A stretch of 64,000 bases of DNA from Paraspadella gotoi (GCA_051294375.1 CM119265.1:29226540-29290539); one strand, 5' to 3'; shown: positions 1 through 14,495, numbered from the stretch's first letter. Notes: generated by a model from the sequence alone, not told the origin. Made by a program: numbers and translations.

Positions 1-1579
1 AACTATCATCCTTTTTTAAATTGATCATCATACAATTTACTCTCTCTTTAGAGAGAGAGAAAGAAAGAGAGAGAGAGAGCTCTCAATGATTGACTACATT
101 TTGTTTCGATGCGCTGGATTTCTTGAGCTTATCATCGAGGGATGGAAGTCTTGAGTGGCATGAGTTACCATTTGGGATTGGCGGTTGTGATAAGCAATGG
201 AGGTAGCGAGTGAAGTGAAAACTTTTATTAAGGTTCCACACATGCATCCATTGCTGTTCTTTGAAGCTATATATTTTAATATTTAGTTACTATTTTATTT
301 ATAAACACATTTTCGTCTTTTGACCGAGTGGTCCCATTTTGACCGAGTGGTCCCATTTTGGAAACAATTATTACTAGACAAAGGGGAGAACAAAGTTGAT
401 ATAAAAGTATTTCAGTGTAGCCGGGAATTGCAATATATTGAACCCGCCTACAAACATGACACCGGTGTCTCATTGAGTAATACCATCAGCTTATGAGGAT
501 TAGGCACCGGGATGGATCGCCAATGACACTTAACCTAATAACGAGAAGCTTGAGGCCTGCCATAAGCCGCCTTGGGTGTGGACAATAGAGCGTAGTGAAA
601 GTTAAATAGGAAAATTCTAAATGTCAATTATGAACAACATACCATCAGTGAAAATTAATTTGTAAAAAAAATTAATTTTATGTTCTTTAATTTTCGTAGT
701 AGGCTATATTTATATATAGTACTATCACAACGAAACAGAAAGGAAAAAACACAAAGTACTATCCTTATAAAATCGAAAAATTTCAAAATAGGCTTTTCTC
801 AACTTTGATTGCAGATTTGTCAAAAGTTGATGAAAGAAAATATAAATAATTTTTACAAAATTATTGCATTAAGGGGGTTAAAAATTAAAAAACTATAAGT
901 AATGTATACATTTTTAATTTTCAACTTAAAATATAGGTTTATTTAATGTTTGATCAACTTAATGAAAGAATTTTTTAAAAAAGAGTTATATTTCTTTATA
1001 TCAAATTTTCATGACGAATCCAAATCTGCAAAAAAATCTTACAAAAAATAATTTTGAAATTTTAACATTTATTGGATTAATATAAACATGGCCTACTGCG
1101 TAAATTGTAAAATTGATTATAATTTTTTTTATACACAAATGTTCATTATTATAATATTGTTCGTTCCTCACTTTTATAATTTTAGCTAAATTCATAATTT
1201 TTACTACGCCTTAGTGGACAACCCCAAAGCCTCGTTCCTTAGCTGCGAGATAGCGAAACAAAACTCGATCTTTTGAGACAAAAAAATTGAAGTAATAAGT
1301 TCAACATTAATCCTTCTTGCATTTGGTGTGTATTTATAGCGAAAGATTATCTCTCTCTCTCTCTCCTCTCCTCTCCTCTCTCTTCTCTTGAATCTTAAAC
1401 AATCAAAATTCACACCATCACATAAGTTCTCCATCTTTATTTTTCCGCTTTAACCCCATCACCTTTCCACTCCATCATCGAGAAGACAGAACTACATCGT
1501 TCCATCCTCTCAAATTTGGCTCTTTGGCCTATGGGCATTTTGATGGGGTGAGAGAGAGAAGAGAGAGAGAAGGGAGAGA

Positions 1580-1613
<34 letters not shown>

Positions 1614-2569
1614 TTTATTATCTTTCGCTAGCGTTTTTATCAAGGGCCATGACCCGCGAAGCGGTTCAGCTTGATATTGATTCGGGTGAGCTTCTTTGTG
1701 AACGTAGTCGTCCGTCGTCGTCGTCGTCGTCGGCGTCAGTCGTCGGCCGTCACGCTGTTTTTAAATAAAATCTACTACGCTTTTATTAGCGTTTGGCCTG
1801 TGACTTCACCGTTTTTTTTTAAATAAAAATTATTTATGAATTATGATAAAGTTTTACAAAAGTGTCATTCATAGTAAGTTAAAATTTAGATATGGCTTCT
1901 CAACTTGGAATAGCTTTGATATTTTCTTATTACATTTGGATTAAGTATTTTTTGGTTTGAATTTTCCACTTCATTATGATTTACTGCAATATGCAAATGA
2001 GAATTATAAGTACTGATTATAATATCCAAATTAGTATAATAGAAATGCTTTAAGCTAATTTACATATTGCAGTATATAATATTGAAGATGAACTTAAAAA
2101 AATTTTTTTTAAATTTCCTAATAAAAATCGGGAAACTCTTCCAAAGGAATTTTTTTAAATGAGAAGCTACATCTTAATTTAATACAAATAAAAATAAAAA
2201 CTCTTTTACAAGCTTGCGATTGGAAAAAAATTTCGAAAAGATTTCCAATTGTAAAACGCATTGTAACATTTTTTGCCTTCCTCTTTTATTTGTTTTTATT
2301 ATAAAATATATTTTTTTTTAGGCGCTGCCTCTTTTCTGAATCGTTTAAAAACGAGTTCAGTTTTCTCTCTGTCTCTGCTTTTGTGTGCGTTCTCTTGCGT
2401 GATGCGTTTCCGTTTTTTTGAAAATTCTGATTATTTTTTTCTTTCTAAAAAAACGATATATATTTGATCAGGCGGCGGCACTTTCTGAATCGTTTAAAAA
2501 AACGAAGTTCAGGCTTTCTCTCTCTCGCACCCTCCCCCTCCCCCCTATCTCCGCTCCGTCTCCCTGCCG

Positions 2570-2619
<50 letters not shown>

Positions 2620-5600
2620 GTCTTTTTTTNNNNNNNNNNNNNNNNNNNNNNNNNTAATTAAAGTTAAACTTAGGAATTTTACTACGCCTTAGTCGGTATG
2701 TCTGTCCGTCGGTCTGTCCCTCATTATTATTTTGATGCAATGCATGTCATAAATATATGGGCAAGAAAAGTTTTTTAGTCATTTCATGTCATGTCATATC
2801 ATGTGATCAAAGGGAAATACACGTGAAAAAAAACTCACTGCGGCGCAACACATTGGAATTACCGTTCTTGTTCTTAATTATCTAGGCTAAAAAAAGAACT
2901 TTAAACTTTAAAGTTTAAACTATTTTATCAATAATATAATGTACAGCATCAACTCTGCTTTTAAAATGATCTTTGATGCATTATTCTCTCATCTGCGCCA
3001 TAAGCAAAACGATTAGGAGATTTAGTCCCTCTCTCTCTCTCTCTCTCTCTCCCTCCACTCTCTCTCTTTCTGTCTCTCTCTCCCTCCCTTCACTCTATCT
3101 CTCTACCGCTCGGACATGACCTTAACCCTTGCATTCATCGCTCTTTTTTCCCTCCCGAGTTCGAATCCCCTTAACGAGTTGTTGCCTCCAGATCACGTGA
3201 CTTAAATCACGTGACTTAAATCATTCGCGTCGCTTAAGTTTTTTNNNNNNNNNNNNNNNNNNNNNNNNNNNNNNNNNNNNNNNNNNNNNNNNNNNNNNNN
3301 NNNNNNNNNNNNNNNNNNNNNNNNNNNNNNNNNNNNNNNNNNNNNNNNNNNNNNNNNNNNNNNNNNNNNNNNNNNNNNNNNNNNNNNNNNNNNNNNNNNN
3401 NNNNNNNNNNNNNNNNNNNNNNNNNNNNNNNNNNNNNNNNNNNNNNNNNNNNNNNNNNNNNNNNNNNNNNNNNNNNNNNNNNNNNNNNNNNNNNNNNNNN
3501 NNNNNNNNNNNNNNNNNNNNNNNNNNNNNNNNNNNNNNNNNNNNNNNNNNNNNNNNNNNNNNNNNNTAAATCATCTTCTAAATTTAAATTATCGAGTTCA
3601 TTCCTAAATCATCTTCTTAATTTAAATAATCGAGTTCATTCCTAAATCATCTACGAAATCTAAAGCGATTAACATGAAATATTTTCGATTGACTTCATCA
3701 GCCAATGAATTCGTTGCTGTCTGCAATATTGACCTTCTGGCCAAAGGCCATCTGCGGCCTGTTGGCCAGAATATCGATAATGATAAGGAAGACGACAACG
3801 ACGACGACGACGACGACAATGATGATGATGATGATGATGATAATAATGACGATGATGATGATAATGACGATGATTATGATGATGATGATGATGANNNNNN
3901 NNNNNNNNNNNNNNNNNNNNNNNNNNNNNNNNNNNNNNNNNNNNNNNNNNNNNNNNNNNNNNNNNNNNNNNNNNNNNNNNNNNNNNNNNNNNNNNNNNNN
4001 NNNNNNNNNNNNNNNNNNNNNNNNNNNNNNNNNNNNNNNNNNNNNNNNNNNNNNNNNNNNNNNNNNNNNNNNNNNNNNNNNNNNNNNNNNNNNNNNNNNN
4101 NNNNNNNNNNNNNNNNNNNNNNNNNNNNNNNNNNNNNNNNNNNNNNNNNNNNNNNNNNNNNNNNNNNNNNNNNNNNNNNNNNNNNNNNNNNNNNNNNNNN
4201 NNNNNNNNNNNNNNNNNNNNNNNNNNNNCCTACCCTGCGGGAAGATTGACGACGGCCGTAAGCCGCCTTGGCAAACTCTCAAGCCTGGTTTCAAGCCCAG
4301 GACCCGTTCCATGTCTGCTAGAGGGAGTTATCGAAGTTACGGATAGTCAACTTCAGCCAACTTAGCGCCATATCCACATAATGACGATGATGATGTTAAT
4401 AATGATGACGATGATGATGATGATAAAGATCAATCATAATAATCTAGTCACCTATAATCATAATATATTAAACTTGAAATTATTTTTTTGTTACGTTTCT
4501 TTCATTTTTTTATCATCATTCCTCACGGTTAAGAAAATGTTACGACATCTGACGGATAAAAAAGGAACTAAAGAAGAAAAAAAGCAAAAGAAAAGTAAAA
4601 AGCAAAACAATCAAAAAAAGCAAAAAAAGAAAAGTTAAGCAAATAAAAACAAAACCCAATAACTGGCGACAACGGTCTTTTCATTTTGTGTGTGTGTGTT
4701 TGAAAGAGAGAGAGAGAGAGAGAGAGAGANNNNNNNNNNNNNNNNNNNNNNNNNAATTCATGAGAACAGAAAATAACGAGTCTGTTGTATGGAGAAAAAA
4801 AAAGACGAGAGTGGAGAAAGCGATGCCTTTTTATTCGCGTATAATTGTATAATTATTAGTATTCGTTTAGTCGATAGAATCATTTGTTTTCCGCTGTAAT
4901 ATCTGAATTTACTCTTTCCCGCCGATCAGCTGTTAATGTAGTAACGCAGAGCGTGTTTCAGTTTTATCTTTCACAAGTCATTACTCTCAATTCAAACCGT
5001 GTAGTAAAAATGAAAAGAAAATCTTTAAATTAATGTTTTTGTACTACGTTTACTGCCAATGTTTTATTCTCTAATGCTGGAAGACCAAAATTGAAGGTTA
5101 GTTATACATTGGAATTTATATTGAAATTGTACTTAGGTTATATTATGTTACTTTATTAAGGTTAAAGTTTAAAGTTTATTTAATACTAATTTAGCATTGT
5201 CTATTTTTGTGTGTTTTAATTGCACATTGCCCCATTTCTACTTGAACCTCCGTCTTGCCTACCTGCCTTCTACATTGCTTACCATGAATATTTGTACCTG
5301 ATTTTGGAAATTGCTCACTATCTCAACATGTGGCTGACTATTTTTTGCTTTATTACATGGTTCTAAGAATCATAAGGAGTTATAGTTAAGGTGTTTTACA
5401 TGGGATAGAACTGTTTGTTTCCAAAGGATACTTGTTTCGAGAAGAGTTGAACACGGATTGACATTCAATAATTAATTAGGGCACAAATGTAGAGGCACTC
5501 TAGGAAGAATGAGATGAACTGTAGGACATTGTTTTATTTGCGAATAATCATCGGATTTATCTAGGTCGCGCGGCTTAAAGAAGCGCTTCAGTTTATAAAC

Positions 5601-6511
5601 TTCACATTTTCTTGAGTGCCAGTTAATGTGGTACAATTCCCTTGTGCCCTCATTTTAATTTACTTGGTGTTATTACCCAAGCTTTCGTGGTTTTATTGAT
5701 TTAAGCTTAAGTTACTGATGTCTGTATGCTTTTATGTTCTTAAAACCCTAGGAGGTTCAAAGTCATGAAGGTGTTGCGCTTTCCCTGTTTGGACAGGGAC
5801 CAAGCCTCAAGGCCTTTGTCTATTGATCTTTTAGATTTATAAGGATCATTTGATTTATTCTGCCATGGCTATGGCCCCTAATTCACTGGAAAGACGTTCT
5901 TGAGATCTTGAAATGGCAGAAGCTGAACAGGCATACGATTAGTTGATTCATCATTGCATTAGCAGCTGCCAAGGACCGCGCCTAGAGTGAGCCGCTTCAA
6001 GCGTCACTTCAGAGTGCCAAGGGATGCCGTTCTTAAGATGTGACAAAGTAGATGCCATTGAAACAATTTTTTTTTTTAATTGTCTTTTCTTTTCTTTTTT
6101 GTTTCAGATTCAGAATAAAAAGGAAGACGAAGATACAATTGAAAACCAAAACAACATCCTCAGCAACAACAGCATCAAGTACAACAGCAACAACTACATC
6201 ATGATCCCCATCCTCTCAATGAAAACAAAGGATTTTTTAATGAACGAGACACTTTTTTATGAATGTCTTCTTTATCTCTCAATTCCTTCTATTCTCTTTC
6301 TCCTTCTTTTCCTCTCTATATCCCTTCTACCTCTCTTCTTCTCTCCCTCTCTTCCCCAGTCCCATTCTCCTCTCTGTTTTTCTTCTCTATCACCTCATCC
6401 CTCTCTTTCTTCCTATCTTTCCTCCTCTTCCCTCTCTTACCTCCCTCTCTTTTTTTTTCCCTGCCTCTCTTCCCCTCCTAATCTCCCCATCTTTTTCTGC
6501 TAATCTTTCTC

Positions 6512-6775
6512 CTAATCTCCCACTCTCTCCCCTGATATTCTTCCTCCTAATCTCCCACTCTCTCCCCTGATATTCTTCCTCCTAATCTCCCACTCTCTCC
6601 CCTGATATTCTTCCTCCTAATCTCCCACTCTCTCCACTGATATTCTTTCTCCTAATCTCCACTCTCTCCCCTGATATTCTTCCTCCTAATCTCCCACTCT
6701 CTCCCCTGATATTCTTCCTCCTAATCTCCCACTCTCTCCCCTGATATTCTTCCTCCTGATCTCCCACTCTCTCCC
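6512..6775 (+). repeat. 35-bp minisatellite, ~7.5 copies
   Basis: Unit ctaatctcccactctctcccctgatattcttcctc. Confidence 0.9.
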
Positions 6776-7834
6776 CCTCTCCTTCTTACTTGTCGTCGAC
6801 GTTAATTAAACAAAAGAAATCATATTCTCGCGTCACAAAAAAAAATCAATAATAAAATTATAAAAATTACAAACAGATATTGTGAACGACTTTAAAATTT
6901 ATTAAAATCTTCTCCTCGAAGAATCGAAAGAAAAAAAATATAAAAGTAAAATGGATTCAATAATTAGTTGTTTTTTTTCTTCTTTTTATTGCCAGTTGTA
7001 TAAAGCGTTGACATCTGTAGACATCTGCCTCTCATCTGTAGACAGGATCTTTTTCCCACGCACCATAAGAGAAAAAGATTTAATATTCTTATCTTATTTT
7101 AATTTGAGTTCTTTGCTTCTTAAAAGANNNNNNNNNNNNNNNNNNNNNNNNNNNNNNNNNNNNNNNNNNNNNNNNNNNNNNNNNNNNNNNNNNNNNNNNN
7201 NNNNNNNNNNNNNNNNNNNNNNNNNNNNNNNNNNNNNNNNNNNNNNNNNNNNNNNNNNNNNNNNNNNNNNNNNNNNNNNNNNNNNNNNNNNNNNNNNNNN
7301 NNNNNNNNNNNNNNNNNNNNNGAAAATATTTCCCCGACCCTTTGACTCTTTAGCAACGAGGACAACAACAACAAAAACAACAACAAAAGACAAGGTTTCT
7401 GGTTGTTTTCTTTTATTTTATTTTCTTTTCTTTTCTTTTCTTTTCTTTTCNNNNNNNNNNNNNNNNNNNNNNNNNNNNNNNNNNNNNNNNNNNNNNNNNN
7501 NNNNNNNNNNNNNNNNNNNNNNNNNNNNNNNNNNNNNNNNNNNNNNNNNNNNNNNNNNNNNNNNNNNNNNNNNNNNNNNNNNNNNNNNNNNNNNNNNNNN
7601 NNNNNNNNNNNNNNNNNNNNNNNNNNNNNNNNNNNNNNNNNNNNNNNNNNNNNNNNNNNNNNNNNNNNNNNNNNNNNNNNNNNNNNNNNNNNNNNNNNNN
7701 NNNNNNNNNNNNNNNNCTTTTCTTTTCTTTTCTTTTCTTTTCTTTTCTTTGTTTTATTTGATTCTTTTTGATTTCTCTGTCTCTTCAAATTGTTTGTTCT
7801 TTCCTTCTCCTTTCTCAAAGAACTAGTCTGACTC

Positions 7835-7903
<69 letters not shown>

Positions 7904-7970
7904 TTCCCGCCTCCTGCCAAGGTTGATCTTTTGTCCGCAATTTTTTTGCTTCTTCTTAAGAGGCGTCATG

Positions 7971-8003
<33 letters not shown>

Positions 8004-8579
8004 TTTTGTGAATTCTTCATCAATATCGATCCAAGTTGGTCTCATCCTCATTTTCCCTTTAAAGTCTTATTCTTCATCCTCCTCTTTTTATTCTTTGCTG
8101 TCGTCTTTATCTAAATTATCCAAAATAGAAATAATTGTATTGTCCTTTTTTTTTCTGCAATGACTTTTTTTCAAGTTTATTATTCAAGTATTTTGATTTT
8201 TTTTTTCTCTTTCTCATTATTGTTACAAAAATCTAATATTCTAATATTAGGAAAAAAGGAAGCTTGAAGGCTTTGTTATTTTCTTTTAGAATCATGAAGT
8301 GCTTAAACCATCAGAGCCTGTCTAATGTCAGGGCCAAGATAGATTATTCATTATATGAATGGATAATTTTATATTGTTTGTATCAATTTTATATAATTAA
8401 TATATAAGAGTATATCATTTTCTAAAAAACTTGATTTCATCTCTTTCCTATTTTTACTTCTTTAGTTTAGTTTAGTTTAGTTCATTTTACTTTAGTGTTT
8501 AATTTCTCTTTCACTTTTTTCTCAGAATCTTAAGTCTTCTTTCCCATTCTTCTTCTCTTCCTCTCTCTCACTCTGCAAA

Positions 8580-9780
8580 CAAGAAAACCTGGAAATTTTA
8601 GCAAACAGGATGGAAAATGTTCACCGTGCTCCCCCAATTAATAAAAGTGTTGAAAATATATTTAAAGAAATCACTAGGCTAAAAAAATGAAACCTCATGT
8701 TTTCAATTTAAAACCAAACTATAACCAATTTTCAGACATGGAAAACTTTGTAATCTCAAAAACATGGAAAGAACTAATAAGAGACTTGGAAGAAATCGGC
8801 CCAGGAAAAAAGTGGTATCACTCCAATGTTGTTAAAGATCCTGCCAGATGTTGCCCTAATTGCTCGTTTGTGACATTATGCAAGAATGCCTTCGTACATG
8901 CCACTTCCCAGATGAATGGAAAACTCAAATCTGCGGATGCTCTTAAAACCCGGAAAAGATCCAAAAGATGTAAAAAGCTACAGACGATAAGCCTCATATC
9001 TGTCGCGAGGAAAAAATTCTGGAAAGGTTTGTAAAAATGAAATATGTACAGTGCGTGAGGGAAACAAGAGCCATGGAGTAATCTACAGTCAGCCTATAAA
9101 AATGAAAAAATACATTATTGAACTTACCAATCCATACTCCCAATCGCGCTAGTCATCGATGCAAGCAACTCTACAAACCTCTCTGAAACCTGTTTTGCTT
9201 CTGCACTGAAAGAGAATCCTAAATATCGCAGAAAAAAATGACCTTTTCGACGACATCATCAAAAGATCAAGATGAGGAGAATGTAAAAACTCACATTTCC
9301 CCTATGGAAAAACGGTTTCTCATAAACTTTGTTGTAAACGTTTGTATGAATGTTTCAGAACTACAAAACGACCGGAGGTTGGATGGAAATTGCTGAAGGA
9401 CTAGACCCTGGAGTCAGTGGACTTCAGTGAGGACCAGCCACTTCGTGAATCTTCCAGGGAAGGACGTGGCCGTCAGGCCCTGCCCCCTGGAGACAGCCAA
9501 CAGGCCCTCTGCTCTGAACGTGGCCAATCGGCCAGTTCTGAGTTGGAATGCGTCGAATAACAGTAGAAAACTACAAATTTTAACTACATTGAATGATGTA
9601 TTTGTTTATTGCCAAGGGATTCTTTAGAAAAAAGGGACCACAGTTCCTGCCTAATACTTGTGTGTACTATAAAGATTCTGTGTTTTTAGTATTGGCCTTC
9701 AGCATTATTAGACAAAAGACCCTTAGACGTACTCGATACTGTCCAGGTCAGTGTAATCTTTCTATTTCTATTTCTATATT
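8580..9780 (+). mobile_element. Degenerate non-LTR retrotransposon (LINE) relic with reverse-transcriptase N-terminal motifs
   Basis: Across frameshifts: SGITPMLLKILPDVALIARL (8811-8870), CDIMQECLRTCHFPDEWKT (8869-8925), LLKPGKDPKDVKSYR (8940-8984), then ISLIS. This matches the LINE RT signature FPxxWK...LxKPGKD...SYRPISL. The RT core appears missing; outer boundaries are approximate. Confidence 0.8.
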
Positions 9781-9783
9781 TCC

Positions 9784-9820
<37 letters not shown>

Positions 9821-10100
9821 CTCTCTTCTTCTCTCTCTCTCTCTCTCTCTTTCTCTCTTTTTCTCCTTCCCACCTTCCTCATTCTCCTCTTTTTCTCCCT
9901 CCCTTCCACTTCCCTTCATTTTTTCTCCCCTCCCCTCCCTCTCTCTCTCTCTCACTCTCCCTCCCTCCTTTTCTCTCATCAATATGATCGTCTTTTCCCT
10001 TTTTTTCTCCCAAAATTTGAAATTCAAATTCTTCTTTTTTTTCTTTTTCTTCTTTTTCTCTCGATTCACGAATTCAACGTCAAAAGAAAATTCCAGTTTA

Positions 10101-10500
10101 TTTTTTAGTCGGATCAGCTTATGAGCAGCTTCCTGCTTTATAATTTACTTTGTCGGTCCGTCGGTTCTACTCCTAAATCTTGTTGGTAGGTCACTGAGAT
10201 TATGTCAGAATATCGAATAAATTATGCACAAAAAATTGATGTATGCCCGTCCGTCTTACTGTCTGTCCATGCATTCGTCCGTCTGTCAATCTGTCCATCC
10301 GTCTTTTGCTTTGAACTCATGAGTCGTTGGGGATTTTCACATGAAGTTTAAACAAAAAACCTGTTTCACTATTAAATTATATTTTTTTATTTATATATTA
10401 AATGTAAATAGAAAATTAATTAATTAAATAATAGCTGCTCTGCTGCTTACCGCTAATGATCGTGGCAGATCCGGCATTGTTTGCTCAAACTTGTTTTTTT
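10101..10500 (+). mobile_element. Non-autonomous Helentron/DINE-1-like (HINE) element, copy 1
   Basis: T-run, 5' GTCGGATCAGC (10108-10118), adjacent partial inverted repeat, GTCY-rich tract (~10245-10305), 3' subterminal inverted repeat GCAGATCCGGC (10465-10475), small hairpin GTTTG-CT-CAAAC, T-run. Confidence 0.6.
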
Positions 10501-11879
10501 ATTTTAATGAAAATTTATTTTCTTCTGCTTTCGACATTTTTCTCTCTCTTCACCGTTTTTAGTTTCACAGGTTTAATTTATCATTTTTTTTGTGAGGGGA
10601 ATTTGGAAAGTTTTATACTCGTCCAATCACGTGATCAATTGAAAGTAGCATCACATGAAACTAATTTCAGGTCATTTCAGTTCATTTCAGTTGGCTGAGA
10701 GATAGCTTATCATAAAACTTTACTACTTTATGTTGCATAGTAGGCATAGTTTGAATCGTTTCATACTTGTGTAGTGATCATTTGGAAATACGTTCACAAA
10801 ATAAAGTCACATCAGCGCATTTATTAATTGAATTATGTTAAAAAAAAAACTTATTATCATGTAGACTAATTTGATAAGTTTAGTTTGTATTTTATTTATC
10901 GTGATATCAATATTGAATATTCTGTTCTATTTTTTCATCTAATTATTTCATAAATATTTTTTTTTAAATCCGCTGTTAGTTTTAAAATCGATTTATTCAT
11001 GAAGGCATTGAATTAAAATCAAAATCAAATTAATATTCGTTTAAAAAAAATACGTTGAAACAATTTCCGTTGATAAAAGGTAAAATTTCAAAAACTCATT
11101 AATTTTAATTATCGGCAAAAAATGGATCCACGGAGTTAAAAAAGAAGCAAAAAAGAAAAGAAAAGCAAAAAAAGCAAAGTAATGCAAAAACGACGACGAC
11201 GAAAGTCTTTTGTCAGTTTCTAATCTTAACAAAAAGTAAGACCCATGGTCAAGATATTAGTTCGAATTTCTAATCCGTTCATTAAAACTCATTAAAATGA
11301 TACATTTTAGCAATGTATCTTTTATCTTTTTTTACAATCAATTCTATATTTAGTCTCTTTTTAGTTTATTTGATACTTGTTTATTTTCTATTTCAAGATT
11401 TGCATATTTCATTCTTTTGCTCCAAAAGTCATCGTTCTTTTTGATATCTATCTCTTTTTGATATCTATCTTCGATATCTATTTTTATCTCTATCGTTTCT
11501 TTTTTTTGTTCCCTAAAAAAATGTCTGCTATCGATTTGTCAATTCATTCATTTATCTTTTTCTGTCTTTATCTTTTTGTCTCACTTTCTTTCTTTCAGTC
11601 TAGATATATATATGTTTTCTTTCTTTTAATTTTTAATTTTTCTTTATTCAATCTTTTTATTTTTATCGCGTTTGTATCTCTTCTTTGTCTGTCTGTCTGC
11701 CTGTTTCTTTTTTCTCTCCTATTCTCTCTTTCTTTTCAACTCTAATGTCTAAGATGATAAATGAAGTTTGATATAAAAAATTTCCTTTGCGTATTTTTCC
11801 CTTTTTTTCTTTTTTTTTAGAAAATCGCATAAAAAAAAAGATTCAACTGCAAAAAGAAATCGTTTTGCGCGGGAAAATT

Positions 11880-11935
<56 letters not shown>

Positions 11936-13007
11936 TCTCTCTCTCTCTCTCTTCTCTTTTGAATCTCACCTTCTCAAATTTATTTGAAACGACTTAAAAA
12001 AAAAGAAGGATTGAGAAAATCTTGAGCCTCTTTTCTCTCTTTTCACGTGAGACTTGAAGACTCGAATCTCACTCCTTCACTCGAGACGATCTTCACAGAT
12101 CTTCACAGAAAAGAAATCTCCTTTTTTCAGTCTCACCTTCACTAAATCTTTCTAAGGCCTCTTATTTACTCTCATGTTCCCTTTTTTTAATTTTACAATC
12201 TTTTTCTTCATTTTATTTCCTCCCTTTCCTTTCCTAACTTTCCTTTCCTCCCTTTCCTTTCCTCCCTTTCCTTTCCTCCCTTTTCTTTACCCGTTTTCCT
12301 TCCTTCCATTTCTTTCCTTACTTTCCTTTTCTCCCTTTTCTTTCCACCATTTCCTTTCCTTTTCTCCTCCTCTTCCTCCTTTTCTATCTTTACATGTTTT
12401 TTCTTCTATAACACGATTGTCCTTCACTTCTCTTAATCTCCTTCTCTTAATCTCCTTTCTTATATTCACACCTAATATTCTCCCTCTCTCGGAAATTTCA
12501 TTTAATACATAAGCTATAATAATATAATAAATAAGCTATCTTGCCCCTGACTTTAGACAGACTATTTGAGTTAAGGCCTCCTTCTCTTCACCTCCCTCTC
12601 ATCCACTTCCCGTCATTCTTCCTTTCTCCCCTCCCCTTCTTCCTCCCCACCTCCTTCGCGTACTCTCCTCCCTCTTTCTTCTCTCCCCTCTTTCCTCCCC
12701 TCCCCTTCTTCCTCCCTTCTTCCTCCCTCCTCCCCTTTCCCTACCTCGGCTCCTTCCATTCCCTCTCTTCCTCTTTTCCTCCCTCTCTCTCCTTCCCTCC
12801 TCCCCCTCTCCTCCTCCCTCTCTCCCCTTTCTCCCTCCCTTTCTCCGCCATCGCTTTTAAACGCTTTTAAAAGGAAGAGAGAATCAAGACGAATGAATCT
12901 TTGACTCAAAATTAATTTCTCATGCAAATCAGGTCTAAATTTCTTCCGAAGGCGAAAAGTGTTTTCCATTCATCGACGTCACTTTCGTCGCTAATGTCGA
13001 CGAGCTC

Positions 13008-13570
13008 CTTGTCATTGCAGATTGTGGTTGTCATTGCAGGTTGTTTTCGTTATCATTGTAGATTGTCGTCGTTGTCATTGCAGGTGGTGGTTGTCATTGC
13101 AGGTTGTCGTGGTCATTGCAGGTTGAGGTTGTCATTGCAGATTGTCGTCGTTGACATTGCCGATTTTGGTATTCATTGCAGGTTCTCGTTGTCATTGCAG
13201 ATTGTCGTTGTCATTGCAGATTGTCGTTATCACTGCAGACGCCAGCGAGAAATTCGCCCATCTAGAGTCCAAGATCGGCGCTGACGTCAACCCTCGAGTC
13301 AACTCTTACCTCTATGGTGAACCTACTGAGGTTAATTGAGAAACTTTCATCGCTTATCTCCGAAAGGAGTATGGAACAACGCGCCGACAACAGGCGGCGA
13401 TTATCCTCGATGGTTTCAAACGCGATGGCTTACGCCCCTCCCAGATTGTCGTTGTCATTGCAGATTGTCGTTATCATTGCAGATTGTCCTTGTCATTGCA
13501 GGTTTTTTTGTCATTGCAGGTTGTCGTCGTTGTCATTGCAGGTTGTTGCTGTCATTGTAGGTCATTGTCG
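13008..13570 (+). repeat. 19/22-bp minisatellite interrupted by the gag-like fragment
   Basis: Unit gtcattgcag(a/g)ttgtcgtt on both sides of 13239-13444. Confidence 0.9.
13239..13444 (+). mobile_element. Fragment of a Ty3/Gypsy-type gag-like ORF embedded in a minisatellite
   Basis: One frame reads DASEKFAHLESKIGADVNPRVNSYLYGEPTEVN*ETFIAYLRKEYGTTRRQQAAIILDGFKRDGLRPSQ with a single TGA (likely TGG). Resembles the gag N-terminal pattern KF..L...V......L....G...PSQ; recognised by eye only. Confidence 0.55.
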
Positions 13571-13743
13571 TTGGTATCGTGATGACAGCTCTGATCACAA
13601 TGTCACATTATTCGTTGGTTTATGAATTTTCATTTAAAACGTTTTTATAAGAATTAGGCAAATTAATCATCAACAGGCCACGCCACCGAATTTCTTTCCG
13701 TTGATATTATATTCTGGTCCTCCACGTATTTTTAACTACTGTC

Positions 13744-13789
<46 letters not shown>

Positions 13790-13922
13790 CCCGTTTCTCC
13801 TCGATGCTCTTTTATTCCCCCTTCGAAGGTTTTAGTTCCACCAAAGGCCGCCGGGGGCCAGCGGCGTCTCGACGGTTGAACTTTCATTCTGAGCCCCTCG
13901 TGGCAAAGATGGAGAGCGAGAC

Positions 13923-13994
<72 letters not shown>

Positions 13995-14495
13995 CGTGCG
14001 CCCGGTGAAGAAAACCCAAGGGAGCGAGTAAGAAATAACTCGTTTGCCAAAAACATTTGAGTCAAAATTGATTTGTTAACTTTGATTCATGTGACCAAAG
14101 CTAGTTGTAATAATAAATAATAAGTATTAGTTTTAAGATTTAAGTATTAATTATTTCGCATCAAATATTAATGATTCGATTTCTGATAAACGTATTATGA
14201 TTAGATTCAAACGATTGTATATATATATTTTGTTTTATTTTGGTTGTACCAATTTCATATTTTAAGTTAATGATGATCCTCATTATCATCAACTTCATAC
14301 AAAACTAAATTATCACACTCATTCTTTCCGTCTGCTTAAAAAGAATCATCACTGATGACAGTCGCACATCAATTATCACCCAAGTCACGGGCCAACCTTT
14401 GCTTTTCGTTTCTGCCAGATACAGCAAAGTGACGTGCAGCTTTCTTAGCATCGTTGCTTAAAAATTATGCCAATGTTGCATCGCAGATTTTTTCT

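Noticed and set aside
2320-2530. ~50-bp imperfect direct duplication (tttctgaatcgtttaaaa...)
   Set aside because: Next to a 25-N gap and differing by indels; likely a gap-fill overlap.
3190-3225. Tandem CACGTG E-boxes (also near 10628 and 18848)
   Set aside because: Part of a 14-bp tandem repeat beside a gap, with no linked transcription start evidence.
8687-9034. 115-aa ORF as a host gene
   Set aside because: It is largely an off-frame reading of the frameshifted LINE RT relic.
13008-13570. CRISPR-like appearance (repeats around a foreign insert)
   Set aside because: Units are contiguous with no regular unique spacers, there is only one insert, no cas genes, and the context is eukaryotic.
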